A DNA stretch of 64,000 bases from Squalus acanthias (Eukaryota): assembly GCA_030390025.1 (NCBI GenBank), contig CM059449.1, positions 13,702,001 through 13,766,000 on the forward strand, read 5' to 3'. Made by a program: the position numbers and the translations under genes. Below, in pieces: positions 63,982-64,000 of this stretch. The notes below the pieces were generated by a model. The model ran no database searches. It had not been told where the DNA came from and saw only the letters and a program-made list of their open reading frames with translations. How positions within the stretch are numbered: the stretch's first letter is position 1; every line of letters begins with the position of its first letter.

Positions 63982-64000
63982 CATGGTTATTTGAGAGGAA

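Noticed and set aside
1-64000. CRISPR arrays, operons, rRNA or tRNA genes
   Set aside because: Vertebrate-type genomic DNA with no repeat-spacer arrays; tRNA-like boxes occur only in SINE heads.

Overview
Eukaryotic, intron-rich and repeat-dense DNA. The repeat families (CR1, L2, Penelope-like, tRNA-type SINEs) and gene content suggest a cartilaginous fish (shark-like); this is inference. Manual splicing reveals two tandem minus-strand type I membrane immune-receptor genes that the ORF track only partly shows. Gene A (7 exons, about 22544-39305, about 234 aa) encodes a leader, one germline VJ-type IgV domain resembling NKp30/NCR3, a Cys-containing stalk, an uncharged TM and a proline-rich tail without a canonical ITIM. 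Gene B (only 3 exons visible, 59251-62668; ectodomain presumably beyond the window end) encodes a TM and a tail with an ITIM (LHYAQL), a second ITIM/ITSM-like motif (VEYATV) and a YVN GRB2-type site. Together they look like a paired-receptor cluster. The rest is transposon debris: truncated CR1/L2 LINEs, Penelope-like elements carrying minimal hammerhead ribozyme motifs (including short hairpin insertions with target-site duplications), Harbinger-like non-autonomous DNA elements with 3-bp TSDs, hairpin MITEs, a 4.6-kb C/A-rich repeat and three N gaps.
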